IMG/VR virus record: IMGVR_UViG_3300013004_000026
Coordinates: 32,001 to 96,000 of that record
DNA length: 64,000 nucleotides
Direction: 5' to 3' (one strand)
Source: a virus
Both the position numbers and the translations under genes were made by a program. Below the pieces are notes generated by a model. It saw only the letters and a program-made list of their open reading frames with translations, had not been told where the DNA came from and ran no database searches. Each line of letters begins with the position of its first letter. Position 1 is the first letter of the stretch. This document shows positions 22,020 through 32,516 of the stretch, piece by piece.

Positions 22020-22457
22020 TTACTTAATTGTTACAGATTGTAAGCCTTCTATTGTGATATTACCAACCCAGGTCAAATCGCTGGCTGTCAGCGGAGTGAT
22101 GTTTATGGTGTCTGTGCCTGTACTGTACACATATGGCATGTTACTGCTGTTCATGTTTTGTCCAAGATCAAACACAGAATTTTCCCCAGCAAAAGAATAG
22201 TCGCCTCTGCTTTGCATGATTTGTACATCTCGTCGAAGGTCTTTGAGTTCCGATTCGGCCCAATCCAGTCTTTTTAACAACATGGCAAATGGCCCGGGTT
22301 CTTCTTTTTCTTGCCTGGCCAGGCTGCTGAGCAGTGCCAGTCTTTGAAAGGCACTTTGCACAGCAACGCTGTCACTGGTTATCACATCATCAAAGATGGC
22401 TGCCAGTTCGGCAATTTGTTGTTCGCTAAGTTTCATGTGTATTTTAGTATATACCAA
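22020..22457 (-). CDS. Hypothetical protein (likely start 22436, MKLSEQQ)
   Basis: ORF; the internal Met gives an ATGA overlap with the upstream stop. Confidence 0.5.
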   Translation of the reverse strand: MVYTKIHMKLSEQQIAELAAIFDDVITSDSVAVQSAFQRLALLSSLARQEKEEPGPFAMLLKRLDWAESELKDLRRDVQIMQSRGDYSFAGENSVFDLGQNMNSSNMPYVYSTGTDTINITPLTASDLTWVGNITIEGLQSVTIK

Positions 22458-25232
22458 GTTTTCATGCGTTCATCGTAGAAATCCAAACAAACTATCACTT
22501 TATGATGTCGTCCGTCTTGGCTCCATTGAGTATGAGTACGCACAGTGAATCCGCACTCGCGTTTCATAACCCAGCTGATCAAGATCTTTTGGCCAAAGTC
22601 TTCAAGCAGGCGTTGCTTGACCTTTTCCCACTCTTCACATGACAGTTCCAGATGTTTGATTGGTTTGTCCATATTACAACCATTTAAGTGTCATTAGTAT
22701 AGCATCTTTTTCATTTTTGAACAAGAACAACATGTGGTCTGTGCTGGGGTGAGTGACATATTTTTCGCCCGGAAGTCCAAAATTTTCCACAGCCCAGGCA
22801 CAGGCTTGATTCCAAAAATAAGTTGTGTCTTTGCCCTTTTCCCATTTTAGTTCAACAGGATGCCAATCTTTGCATTCTTTCAATGTAGCCTCCCAGAGTG
22901 CGTTGTTCAGAACCTCACGATCAATTTCGTCTTTTAGGATTTTGGCAAATTGATTTTCTAACCCGTCCTGCAGATTTTCTCGACCTGTGATTTGTACTAG
23001 ACCTCGCCCACGATATTTCATGACCATTTTAGTGTAAACAGAGTGGCTTCACTTTCTTCCCCAAACATCAATCCGCAGCCTTTTTCTTCACCAACTGCGC
23101 TAGGATTGCTCACAATGTACACTTGATATGCTCCATATTCGCGTTTGAGCCAATCCCAAAAATCTTCGTCACACTGCTGCTGCCGGTGATGCTCCTGTAA
23201 TTTTTCCCAATAGGGTTCAATGGGCACAGTAATCATTGCTTTAGCCATCTCAAACTGAACAGAGTAGCGTCTCCTTCATTTTTGAATGCAAACTTGCTAT
23301 CGGCAGACTCACCTGTAAGTCTGCCAATCCAGGTGTTGTCTTGAAATACTTTAGCGCACCAGGCTCTTGCGCTATGATAATTTTTTACATCAAACAACGA
23401 CGCCTCCAACACAACCACAGTCCAACCTTGCTTGACATAATAGCGCATGCGTTTTTTCACAGCTATCTATTCCATCGCAGTAAAAACAATGTTAAATCTG
23501 TTTGGTTGCGGAACCAAAACTTAGCATTGTTAGCATACCAACGCATATTAGGAGTCCACACCCCGTTATCAGCACTAGGTCCAAAAGTCTCAATCATCCA
23601 AGCCATCATGTGCGGCCACTCTTTACCAGCTTCCAATGGCGCGGCTGTGTAATACCTCTGGTCGTACACTGTGCCTTCGTTTACCTCAATACTGAAATTT
23701 GATTGTACATGCATTACAGTTCTTTCATGGTGATCATACTGGCCCAACTCTGTGCATCATTGGCAAACATGAACACAATTTCTTTCTGTGTAGTGTCCAG
23801 ACGCCAGGTATAATCGCGGCCAATCACAAGCTCATGCTCTTTGAGGAATCTACTGATTCTAATTCCTCGTTCGCTTTCATTGTGTTGTTCGCCTTTCCAG
23901 GCCAATCTAACCTGTTCCATACTAGCACCATTTGAGAATAAAGGCCATTAGGTCTTTTTCGTTTTTGAAATTCCACATGTCAAAACTCATGCGCACTCCG
24001 CATTGATGTTCCATGCTCCATAACATTATAGCATCGGCTTCCTTTTCTGTCAAGGTACTGTCGGGAAAAGGAGGGCTATCAGGCTCGATGCCCAAAAGAC
24101 GAATGTAGTATCGTCCTTTGTCGGTCTGGTGTTGATATCTTTGTGGTATTCTTACATCCATTTTAATATAAAAACCTCTGCGTCTCTTGCATCTTCAAAG
24201 TAAAACAAAAAACCTGCGGTAGGATTCCACTCTGGTCCACGCAACTGATATCTACCAAATCCTGCATACTCATTCACCCAATTGGTCAAGTCATGACAGT
24301 TAGGGTGTTGTTCCAACATGCGTTCCCAGGGCATGAACACCTGTGTCCAGTGTGCAGGAAACGGCAAGCTGTCATCCTTGATCATGACGATCATGCATGG
24401 TTACCCCATTCAAGTGATCCAGCTCATGCTGATAGCACACAGCGGCAAGTTCTTCTAGTTCTTCTTCATGCCAGTCACCGTGTATGTCTTGGTATCTAGC
24501 CCAGATCTTTCTTGGACGATGTGTAAGTACATATTCATCAGGAAAGCTCAAACAACCTTCCTGGCATTCAAACAGTTGATCTGTTGTGGCATCAAAAAAT
24601 TCAGGATTGAAACAGGTCCTGGTCAATCCGTTAACACTCATCACAAACACTCTGCGGCTGATGCCCACCTGTGGTGCAGCCAAGCCAATTGCATCACTGT
24701 TAGTCATGAACTGGTGCATCATGGTGGCCAGGCGCATGAGTGGCCGTGCATCCTCAAAGGTGACAGGCTTGGCAACATTTTTTAGCACACGATGTGTGAG
24801 ACGAAGCTTGTTTGGAATCAAGATGCCCATTTTAGTGAAAATAGAACAGCGTCTTTTTTGTGTTTGAATTTGAAATGATACAATGGTTTTTTAGAAAAAA
24901 TATTGTCTGCATTCAGCGTCCAATACTTGTAACCAATGTTATTCACAGCCCATTCGCCTGCTAGGCTGGCAATTTCGGGATCAATAAGTGTAATTGTAGT
25001 CATGCTATAATTATACGCATTCTCATGGATTATGTCAACTCCAACGCAGCATGAACCAATCAGCTTGGCCGGCCTGCTTGAAAATAAAAATAGTATTGCC
25101 CAAACTGGTGTCACATTCGCCCCAGCCGCCGTCCCAGCAGTCATGGCACCATTTTATCATTATATCTCGTTGTTCGCGTGTGATACGCCCTGCGTTGATA
25201 TACCATTGGTCATTTAGGTGTGTTAGTTTCAT
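22433..25232 (-). repeat. Tandem array of about 10 small paralogous ORFs sharing a C-terminal FxF(K/E)xxxDAxxFxL(K/R)W motif, interrupted by def
   Basis: ORFs 22433-22672, 22674-23027, 23018-23248, 23233-23460, 23463-23714, 23714-23920, 23922-24161, 24152-24394, 24818-25003 and 25035-25232. Example endings: FKNEKDAILMTLKW, FKNEGDATLFSLRW, FKNEKDLMAFILKW, FEDARDAEVFILKW, FKHKKDAVLFSLKW. Confidence 0.8.
24372..24830 (-). CDS. def: Peptide deformylase
   Basis: Motifs GLAAPQVG, EGCLS and HELDHLNG. Confidence 0.95.
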   Translation of the reverse strand: MGILIPNKLRLTHRVLKNVAKPVTFEDARPLMRLATMMHQFMTNSDAIGLAAPQVGISRRVFVMSVNGLTRTCFNPEFFDATTDQLFECQEGCLSFPDEYVLTHRPRKIWARYQDIHGDWHEEELEELAAVCYQHELDHLNGVTMHDRHDQG

Positions 25233-25539
25233 CTAGGCACAGTGCCTCTAGTGTTTTGTAATGTTCATAGGCTTGACGCAGTGCATCATATTTTTCTAAC
25301 AGTTTTGGGTCAGGAACCAATATACTCAGCCGCTGTTGTATTTTTTCTAAACTTTGTGCTAGATCTTGTCCGTTAATCGTTACCTTGCCGCCAAATTCAG
25401 CATCACCACGCACTTGCAAGGATCCCTGGTTGGTTATATTTACATGATTGGAACTTGATCCACTCCATGTATACGCACTACCAGATAATAGTCCTGATCC
25501 TATAATTACATTGCTACTGGGTTTGATTGAAGTTGTCAT
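25210..25539 (-). CDS. Hypothetical protein
   Basis: 109 aa; C-terminal coiled segment (LEKYDALRQAYEHYKTLEAL). Confidence 0.55.
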   Translation of the reverse strand: MTTSIKPSSNVIIGSGLLSGSAYTWSGSSSNHVNITNQGSLQVRGDAEFGGKVTINGQDLAQSLEKIQQRLSILVPDPKLLEKYDALRQAYEHYKTLEALCLDETNTPK

Positions 25540-25581
25540 ACCCGTGACTTTAGCATAAATACAACAAAGGAGTCAACAGCT

Positions 25582-25881
25582 ATGGCTATACAAGTAATCA
25601 TTAAGGTTACCAAAACTGACAATAAGGATTGGGTATTTGCTCGCAGCGAGCCTGCTGCAATACTACATAGCATGGAGCAAGCCAAGGCTTGGTTATGCAG
25701 TGACTGGAACATGCCCAGCAATCAAGAAGCTATCTTGGTCAAGACCTTTGCCGACATGATCGAAGCTAACAAGTTTATTATAAAACAGGTTGACACTGAT
25801 TTTCCAGACTACGAAGCTGTACGCGATTTATTTGTGGAATATGAAAACAAAGACGAGCAGATTACTACCAAAGAAATTTAG
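25582..25881 (+). CDS. Hypothetical protein on the opposite strand
   Basis: Preceded by a TAAATA late promoter and AAGGAG SD. Confidence 0.6.
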   Translation: MAIQVIIKVTKTDNKDWVFARSEPAAILHSMEQAKAWLCSDWNMPSNQEAILVKTFADMIEANKFIIKQVDTDFPDYEAVRDLFVEYENKDEQITTKEI

Positions 25882-25882
25882 C

Positions 25883-26129
25883 AAAGCAAGCGGTTAAGTA
25901 GTAGCTGAACAAATGACACCAAGTTGGGCTAATAACCAATGGGACAAAAGTCAACCAACAACCAACAGAGGACCTAATATTTGCCGGATTCAAAGGACAA
26001 GCTCTCTATGACTTGGCCGGCTGACACTAGGACACGGAGGCTTATCAGGCCATTAAGCGTTATAGTATGCATAATCTTCTTTTGGAAGAGATGCAATCTA
26101 CGGTGCTACTCTCATCTCCCTCTTGCTTT
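25883..26129. ncRNA. Candidate structured non-coding RNA
   Basis: Lies in a ~355 nt gap with no convincing CDS. Terminal inverted repeats AAAGCAAG (25883-25890)/CTTGCTTT (26122-26129) and AGTAGC (25900-25905)/GCTACT (26105-26110); internal short repeats. Confidence 0.45.
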
Positions 26130-26236
26130 CCAAGGACACCAACCAATGCTGATGCCCTATTGCTTTCCCTGTCTTGATTTCATTGACCACGGTTTTAGGC
26201 CGGGTATTTTACTTTCTCAACAGGTTCCACAACTCT

Positions 26237-26812
26237 TTACAAAATACCCTCTTTCTTGAGAATATTTTCTACCTCGTCTGTGAGTTCAATCTCAGTGGTT
26301 ACATTGAGATGCAGAACCTCATCATTGAGGCTTTGTTTTTGCTTTTTCAATTCGCGCATGATGCCACGAATGCTTTCAACTTGTGATGTTTGCAAAACGC
26401 CACTGCTCACAGTGTTGTCGTAACCATACATGCGATGTTCTTCGCGACGATTGCGAATCTTTTCCAGCTGACCAGCCACCACCTGCAGATCCTTAAGAGC
26501 CGCAGATTCCTGCACCAATGGATCCAACTGTGCCAGGCGTTTGTCAATGTAGGCCAAGTGACTCAGCTTGTTGCCAATACCGCACTGGAAATTGGCAATA
26601 CCCATGGTTGCACGAATGCTGTACAAGGCCATGAGTAGGTCACTACGGCGCACATCAGCTGCCATTAGTGAATCATTGGCTGCCTGCAACACTGCTGTGG
26701 GTTCTTGAAACTCACTGATGTCCACAGTGGTTTTCACAGCGATGTTTTTCAACAGATCGTTGATGTTGGTTTGAATTGCATTTGCTTTGCGTAGACTGAC
26801 TTTGATTGCCAT
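26237..26812 (-). CDS. Coiled-coil protein, possibly DIP1984-like
   Basis: 191 aa, helical. The C-terminal LKKQKQSLNDEVLHLNVTTEIEL resembles DIP1984-family C-termini (from memory). AGGAG SD. Confidence 0.45.
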   Translation of the reverse strand: MAIKVSLRKANAIQTNINDLLKNIAVKTTVDISEFQEPTAVLQAANDSLMAADVRRSDLLMALYSIRATMGIANFQCGIGNKLSHLAYIDKRLAQLDPLVQESAALKDLQVVAGQLEKIRNRREEHRMYGYDNTVSSGVLQTSQVESIRGIMRELKKQKQSLNDEVLHLNVTTEIELTDEVENILKKEGIL

Positions 26813-26826
26813 GTGTTTCTCCTTGT

Positions 26827-27648
26827 TTAGATATCAAAACCCACTGTGGGGTCAAATAATTTTGCCTGTTGTTCGTAGCCCATGTAACCGCGTGGGTTGC
26901 ATATCACACGACATTGTCCGATCATGTAGTCTGATGGATCGTGCATGTGACCGTGTGTCCAGAACTGAATGTTCTCATGATCCAGTATGAAATCGCTTAG
27001 GTCACTGGCATATCCACCGTTCATGTCTACATCATGCTTGTAGTGCTCATGCACACTCTTGTAACTAGGAGCATGATGTGTACACACCACAATCTTCTTG
27101 TCGCGGTTTTGTTCCAGCATGAGCCGGAAGTATTCTTTGGTACGCATGTGAGTTTCCATGGTATCCTGCGGAATCAGCTTGCGATAGATAGCGCCAGCCT
27201 TGTTGGTGATAGCACGATAGTCATTCATGCCATGCTTCAACACCTGAATGCACATGGGGTTACCCTTGTTGCAGTCAGTCCACAGTGTGGCACCCAAGAA
27301 CAACACACCGTCAATTTCAATATGTTCATTCTCTAGCACGTTTACATTGTCAGGAACCATGGACTTGAGCTCATGCACAGTCTTGTCATAGCGTCCGTGA
27401 TAGTGCTCGTGGTTGCCCATCACATAGATAACTTCGCGATACTTGGCACATTCTTCAATAAAGAAACGCTGGGCACGATCTGTCCGTTTGGGATTGTCGT
27501 GCCCATCCATGATGTTCAGTGGATCATACTTGTACTTGAGCAATGTACGGCTTTCAACCACATCACCCGACAAGATTAGCACATCGCCGCCCGGCAATAC
27601 AAGGTCGCTAAACTCAAGGTGAAGGTCAGAAATTACATTAACTCGCAT
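26827..27648 (-). CDS. Calcineurin-like metallophosphoesterase
   Basis: Motifs SDLHLE, LSGD, GNHEHY, THHAP and HGHMH. Confidence 0.9.
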   Translation of the reverse strand: MRVNVISDLHLEFSDLVLPGGDVLILSGDVVESRTLLKYKYDPLNIMDGHDNPKRTDRAQRFFIEECAKYREVIYVMGNHEHYHGRYDKTVHELKSMVPDNVNVLENEHIEIDGVLFLGATLWTDCNKGNPMCIQVLKHGMNDYRAITNKAGAIYRKLIPQDTMETHMRTKEYFRLMLEQNRDKKIVVCTHHAPSYKSVHEHYKHDVDMNGGYASDLSDFILDHENIQFWTHGHMHDPSDYMIGQCRVICNPRGYMGYEQQAKLFDPTVGFDI

Positions 27649-27675
27649 GTTGATTCCAATTTAGTTTAACTTGTA

Positions 27676-28047
27676 TTATAGCAGATTTTTGGTGTTACGA
27701 TCAACCACTAGCCAACCTAATTTCTCCAAATCGCGTTCTATTGTGGGAACAATAACACTTTCGGGAACATAGTTCGGATTGATCAATTGCACACCCGAGC
27801 AGTACCAGGTGTCCATGACATCATGGCGTATTTCAGCAACCATGTTGGCAGCATAGCGCCAGGAACAGTTCCACTTGATGTTCTTGAGTATGGCCCATAC
27901 ATCATATGGCCCAAATTCGTTGTTGCACATGGCAGCATAGAGATTTTGAGCATACACCTGATCATGGCGGATACGATCTATCATCCACCATGTTCCTTTA
28001 ACATCGCGTTCTAGATTGAACACAGGGTTAAAAACTTCATATGACAT
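27676..28047 (-). CDS. Conserved phage hypothetical protein
   Basis: YAQNLYAAMCNNEF...SWRYA...WYCSG; TAAATA-N5-ATG start. Confidence 0.6.
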   Translation of the reverse strand: MSYEVFNPVFNLERDVKGTWWMIDRIRHDQVYAQNLYAAMCNNEFGPYDVWAILKNIKWNCSWRYAANMVAEIRHDVMDTWYCSGVQLINPNYVPESVIVPTIERDLEKLGWLVVDRNTKNLL

Positions 28048-28113
28048 AACAGTATTTACTATGCCAAAATAAAAGGCGCTGAATCAGCGCCTTGTGTCTG
28101 GTCTCTCTCGAGA

Positions 28114-28407
28114 TTAGACTGTGATACCCAGGCTCTGTGCGCGGTAGGCCAGTGCAACCAGCTTGCGGCTAGCGTTACCATGCTTGTACTCAGTTACCAT
28201 AACACCATTGCCAGCTTTGCGGGTGTTTGCATAGATAGCATAACCACGCTGGCGGATGTTGCTGATAGTAGCAGTTGGGTTTTTAACTCCAAAACGCTTG
28301 CTGATGTCGGCGGCGCTGAGCACCTCGCCCTTGCGGACCAGTGCGTTAAACACCTTGCCAGTTTTGGTATCTAGATCAAAGTTACGAATAGTTTCGGTTT
28401 TGTGCAT
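28114..28407 (-). CDS. Winged-helix/HTH DNA-binding protein (start re-assigned to 28407)
   Basis: LSAADISKRFGVKNPTATISNIRQRGYAIY pattern; GAGG SD; downstream terminator at about 28071-28094. Confidence 0.6.
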   Translation of the reverse strand: MHKTETIRNFDLDTKTGKVFNALVRKGEVLSAADISKRFGVKNPTATISNIRQRGYAIYANTRKAGNGVMVTEYKHGNASRKLVALAYRAQSLGITV

Positions 28408-28515
28408 TTTAATTTCCTCTATATAAAGTAGCTGTTTAACAGCATGACTAGAGTATAGCAAAATCCTGCAGAACAAGCAAGACCTTTGGTGATCTTGCTT
28501 GCAGTTTGTTAACCG

Positions 28516-28743
28516 TTATGCTTGGTCAACAAACTTCTTCAGTTCCTCGGCCTTAGCAATGATATCCGTAGTTGACGGAAAATCAGGCATGGTTGGGTAC
28601 GGAAGGATTCCTCGGTTGGCATCATTCAGCTTGGAATGATATTCATCATTGAGACATACTCGTTTTTGGTGAATAGGTGTTTCAAGGATTTCCTTGGCCA
28701 AGGTCAAGAGTTCGAGACGGATCTCGTAGGGTGTTTTGCTCAT
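28516..28743 (-). CDS. Conserved small T4-like phage protein (start 28743)
   Basis: MSKTPYEIRLELL...IIAKAEELKKFV; AGGAG SD. Confidence 0.6.
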   Translation of the reverse strand: MSKTPYEIRLELLTLAKEILETPIHQKRVCLNDEYHSKLNDANRGILPYPTMPDFPSTTDIIAKAEELKKFVDQA

Positions 28744-28836
28744 ATTTTTCTCCTTTGTGTGTGATGTGTGTCTAACACGAGCTGTGACTGTTGTCACAAT
28801 AATACTTATAAGAAAGCCCCTTGCGGGGCTAAATTT

Positions 28837-29115
28837 TTATTTCTTTTTCTGTTCTTCTTTTTTCACCGGATCAGCTGGCTTTTTCTTGTCTTCTTTTTTT
28901 ACTGGATCATTTGGGTTACCGGTAGTAACAGTTTCTGCTTTTTTGTGAACCTTGATCTTCTTGCACTGTTGCTTGGGTTTGCCGTCTTTACCGACCACCG
29001 GCTTACCATCTTTGCCTACTACATCTTTGCACACTTCTTTGATTTGTGCTTCTGCAAAAGCTGGTGGATAAGCAAGTGAAAGTGCGATTCCTACTGCTAG
29101 AATGATATGCTTCAT
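28837..29115 (-). CDS. Secreted Lys-rich small protein
   Basis: Signal peptide ending AFA; two Cys; repeats VVGKDGKP x2 and DPVKKE x2. Confidence 0.6.
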   Translation of the reverse strand: MKHIILAVGIALSLAYPPAFAEAQIKEVCKDVVGKDGKPVVGKDGKPKQQCKKIKVHKKAETVTTGNPNDPVKKEDKKKPADPVKKEEQKKK

Positions 29116-29134
29116 GATTGAGCTCCTGGTTAGT

Positions 29135-29323
29135 TCAAGTATTTAGCTTTTTGGTCAACGAAACTTCGCCTGTTTCGTCTATGTTCCAGGTCAGTGTGTC
29201 GCCTGGTATCCAGCCAAGATCTGCCAGCAGTTCAGGTGGCAACGGCATCATGAGATCGCCTGTTTCTGGGTCTTCCTCAAGCTCAACTATCCAATGTGTA
29301 AGTTTAGTCATCTGTGTCTCCAA
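29135..29323 (-). CDS. AbrB/SpoVT-like small DNA-binding protein
   Basis: GDLMMPLPPELLADLGWIPGDTLTW swapped-hairpin pattern. Confidence 0.6.
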   Translation of the reverse strand: METQMTKLTHWIVELEEDPETGDLMMPLPPELLADLGWIPGDTLTWNIDETGEVSLTKKLNT

Positions 29324-29647
29324 ATATCAGCGCCTTCATGCGTTTTTCTACCATGTTTGGGTCGCACTTTTCCATAGCACAAATAAAACATATTTGTTCA
29401 TGGTTTGGTCCGTACGGTCTGCACTCGTCGATGTTACCGCACATTTCACACATGCGCGGAATTTCTTCGCAGATTACACCTCTAGTTGTCACCGGGATTC
29501 TTTCTTAACTTGCTGCTCTTGTTTTACTTCAACTGTTTGTTCTGGCGGCCAAATTTGTTCCTTGATATAGTTAGCACCAAACCAGCCCCAGGCTGAAAAA
29601 AATCCCCACATCATTATTTCTAGTATCATAACAGTTCCAGTCCATAA

Positions 29648-29911
29648 TCAGTACTGCCTTCGTAAAGCTGTCCAGGTCATCCATTCTCTAAAAGCATTGT
29701 AAACCAGGGCAGCTTCCTTTTCATCCTGTTCGACCAGTTTCCCACGAACATAAAAGCCCGTCTTGGTAATCTTGAGCATTTCACTGCTTTCGATATCAGT
29801 ACCAGCATGAAACACAATGTTGCCAGCTTCGGGTTCATTGCCACGCAAGGCCAACACCGTGCCAGGAAAACTGGGATCGCGGCTGGCTGTTAGAGCTCGC
29901 TTCTTTTTCAT
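29648..29911 (-). CDS. Hypothetical protein
   Basis: 87 aa ORF, ATGA-coupled. Confidence 0.45.
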   Translation of the reverse strand: MKKKRALTASRDPSFPGTVLALRGNEPEAGNIVFHAGTDIESSEMLKITKTGFYVRGKLVEQDEKEAALVYNAFREWMTWTALRRQY

Positions 29912-30622
29912 TGTGGCACCCGAAAGTATTCGGTCAACAGCATGTCAATGGCATCGATGTAACGATGATATCTACCGCGGTCCTCGTCGTGCAGTTTGCC
30001 TTCTTCGATAAACTGCCGGAACATGGATCGGTGTTCGTCTAGTGTCAACGCAGTTATACGATCTGCTGTTTCGCCGTCAAGTTTGATTTCCATTGTTCAG
30101 TCCGTATGTGGCGGTAGATCGTAGTCTGCTGGGTCTGCAGGGAATCTAGGTATGTTGGGTGTCATGATTATCCTTGAATGTTAGGAATATTGATTTCTCT
30201 GTTGTACTGGGATTCTATACTATTTGCAGGATCAGGGCAAGTGTATTTGATATTGCTCTCTACCGGAAGTCCAAACGCTGCGCGAATATTTTTTTTGTCT
30301 ACTTGACTGCCGCAGATTTGCGCACACTCTTCTGCTACTAGTGCTACCACAAATTCTATACGCTGTTGGCACTCTTTACTAATGTATTTGTGAACACCAG
30401 ATTCCTGCATGAGATTTTTCAGTCGTTGATTCATGTGTTTACTCGTACATGTTAAAATGTTTAAGAATGGTCTTGTCTATTCTGCGCTGATACTGTTCGT
30501 CTGTGTGTACCAGTCTAAAAAGTTCAGCACATTCTCGAACCACTAGCTCTCCATAAATTTTGTTGTACTGCTCTACCCAGGCATCTACATCAAGTATGCT
30601 TTTGGGCACTGCTTGTTTGGCT

Positions 30623-31378
30623 TCACTGGCCAGTTGTTGCAGGCGTTGATTCATTATTGTCCTTTGTGGTGTCTGCCAACAATGCATGAAGTTTTGTAGC
30701 ATAGTTCATGTGATAGTCGGCGTCTTTTATATGAAAGATAGGTTCCGAGTACTCCCTATTAGGATACTTCCATGCATTTGGTAATACTAACACAGATTGA
30801 TATTTTGTAAAATCAATTTGAACATTTTGTATGGTTTGACCCACAAAAGATTCAAACCCACCCAATGATGCATAATGTCTACATCCAGTATCAGCTAAGA
30901 ATTGTAAAGTTTGTGTTATGTACAAATAATTTTTTAGTGTGTCAAATGACTCAATATAAAATTTGTCAAACCATTGTTCAAATATATGATAATTGCCATT
31001 GGGCATACAGTGTTCAACTGGGCTCACATCCTTTTGTATCTGTTGTTCTAGGTCTCCAAAACAAGCAATGTCTTTGTGTTCGTGCTTGATCATGCCTTTT
31101 ATATACCCAGACATTTTTCGCCAGGGCTCTACCAAAGACGAATAAAAAGTTGGTTCACTGGCCAGAAATTCTATCCTAGGACAGTTAGTAAAACTGATCA
31201 ACACAACATCTGGATCAAATCGACTGCTTTGCATGACCTGGTGGTAGATACTGAAATTACTGCAACCTCCCCGGGCTAGTCGGTAGACTTCATGAGGAGC
31301 CAGTCGATCGGCCCAGTGTAGACCTGGGTACCGGTCATCAACAGTATTAAAACTATCCCCACAAATTACAATTCTCAT
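30623..31378 (-). CDS. SGNH/GDSL-like hydrolase-fold protein
   Basis: N-terminal IVICGDSF, ARGGCSN block and a late His. Confidence 0.55.
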   Translation of the reverse strand: MRIVICGDSFNTVDDRYPGLHWADRLAPHEVYRLARGGCSNFSIYHQVMQSSRFDPDVVLISFTNCPRIEFLASEPTFYSSLVEPWRKMSGYIKGMIKHEHKDIACFGDLEQQIQKDVSPVEHCMPNGNYHIFEQWFDKFYIESFDTLKNYLYITQTLQFLADTGCRHYASLGGFESFVGQTIQNVQIDFTKYQSVLVLPNAWKYPNREYSEPIFHIKDADYHMNYATKLHALLADTTKDNNESTPATTGQ

Positions 31379-31388
31379 AGATGATCGA

Positions 31389-31895
31389 TCACTTCCACTC
31401 TTCCATGAGCAGTTGCCTACTTACTTCAGGACCAAGTGCTTGCAGTTCTTGCACTAGTTTTTTGCCTTGGTATTGTATCCATTCGTCCACAAAGGCCTGG
31501 AACTTTTCTCGACCTCGCACAGCATCTGCCACAAAACCGTCAATGGTGCCATAGCACACTCGATCACGAATCCAGGCCTGATCCACCACCATGCTCTGGC
31601 TTACATCAAAGGTCCAATGACCTGCATCCGCGGTCTTTACAGCATTGGGGCCGTAACTGGACAAACAGTTCAACACTGTGATATGATCATGACTCTTGAC
31701 CTGTACCACCAGGAAGTAAGGATGGAACATTTCTTGCCAGTAATCACCTGGCTGAGGATTGTCCAGTGCCGCTTGATTAGTGCGTTGTTGCTCTTGATAA
31801 TCATATGTCATTGGCATTCCTAAAGTATTGTTTGATAAGATCCGCAGATTGGTAAGGTTCGGCTGTTTCTGCAATTTCTGCACACTTGAGCACAA
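31389..31895 (-). CDS. Hypothetical protein (likely start near 31811, MTYDY)
   Basis: ORF in a coupled operon. Confidence 0.45.
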   Translation of the reverse strand: MCSSVQKLQKQPNLTNLRILSNNTLGMPMTYDYQEQQRTNQAALDNPQPGDYWQEMFHPYFLVVQVKSHDHITVLNCLSSYGPNAVKTADAGHWTFDVSQSMVVDQAWIRDRVCYGTIDGFVADAVRGREKFQAFVDEWIQYQGKKLVQELQALGPEVSRQLLMEEWK

Positions 31896-32516
31896 TCAAC
31901 TCGGCAAACTTTTCCACATCAAAATGCAAATGACCATCAATCAATACTCCGTTGACATAATGGCTCCAACATTGCTTTTCAAATTCTTTGATTGTTTTGT
32001 TCATTATTCAACTCCGTCATCAACACTCAATACAACTAAACAGATCAGTATAATAAACAATACTAGGCCACCTAACAGAAATAGTTTCATTGTTCAACTC
32101 CAAAATGTTCTGCCAGCCATTGCCTTGCTTGAAACCGTGCTATTACTTGATTCTCACCTGGATCTAAAACATCCATACATTCACTCACAATCAACCCGGC
32201 GAACTTTTCTAATTCTGGATACGGAGTATTCTCAAATGTACCGGCTCCATATTCACTGGCGTGTTCTTCAAGTATTTTGACCATACCAGCCTGTTCGGCA
32301 AGTTCTTTAATTCGTTCGTTCATTTAGTAAACCTTGGTATGCCAGCAGGTGAACCAGCGTACTGAAAACTTGATAGCATGGGCAACAATTTCTCCAGATC
32401 CTCTGCAGGGTGGCGTAAAATCTCAGGCATAGCCGCACCATCAATCAGCATAAAGTACAGTTTCTCTGTGCCTTCTTCTATCTGGCGATCAAAGATATGT
32501 TGCAAATCTTCTAGAG

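Larger units (their letters stand above)
30168..32323 (-). repeat. Dispersed paralogue family MN(E/Q/K)x(I/L)xxL...(L/V)(I/V)xxECA (4 copies)
   Basis: ORFs 30168-30434, 30439-30654, 31801-32004 and 32087-32323 share the N-terminus and a KFAxLIVxEC-like core; three end in (H/Y)F. Confidence 0.65.

Noticed and set aside
25981-26259. Plus-strand 92-aa ORF in the candidate ncRNA gap
   Set aside because: It has a TTG start, no clear SD, atypical composition and overlaps the end of the convergent gene.
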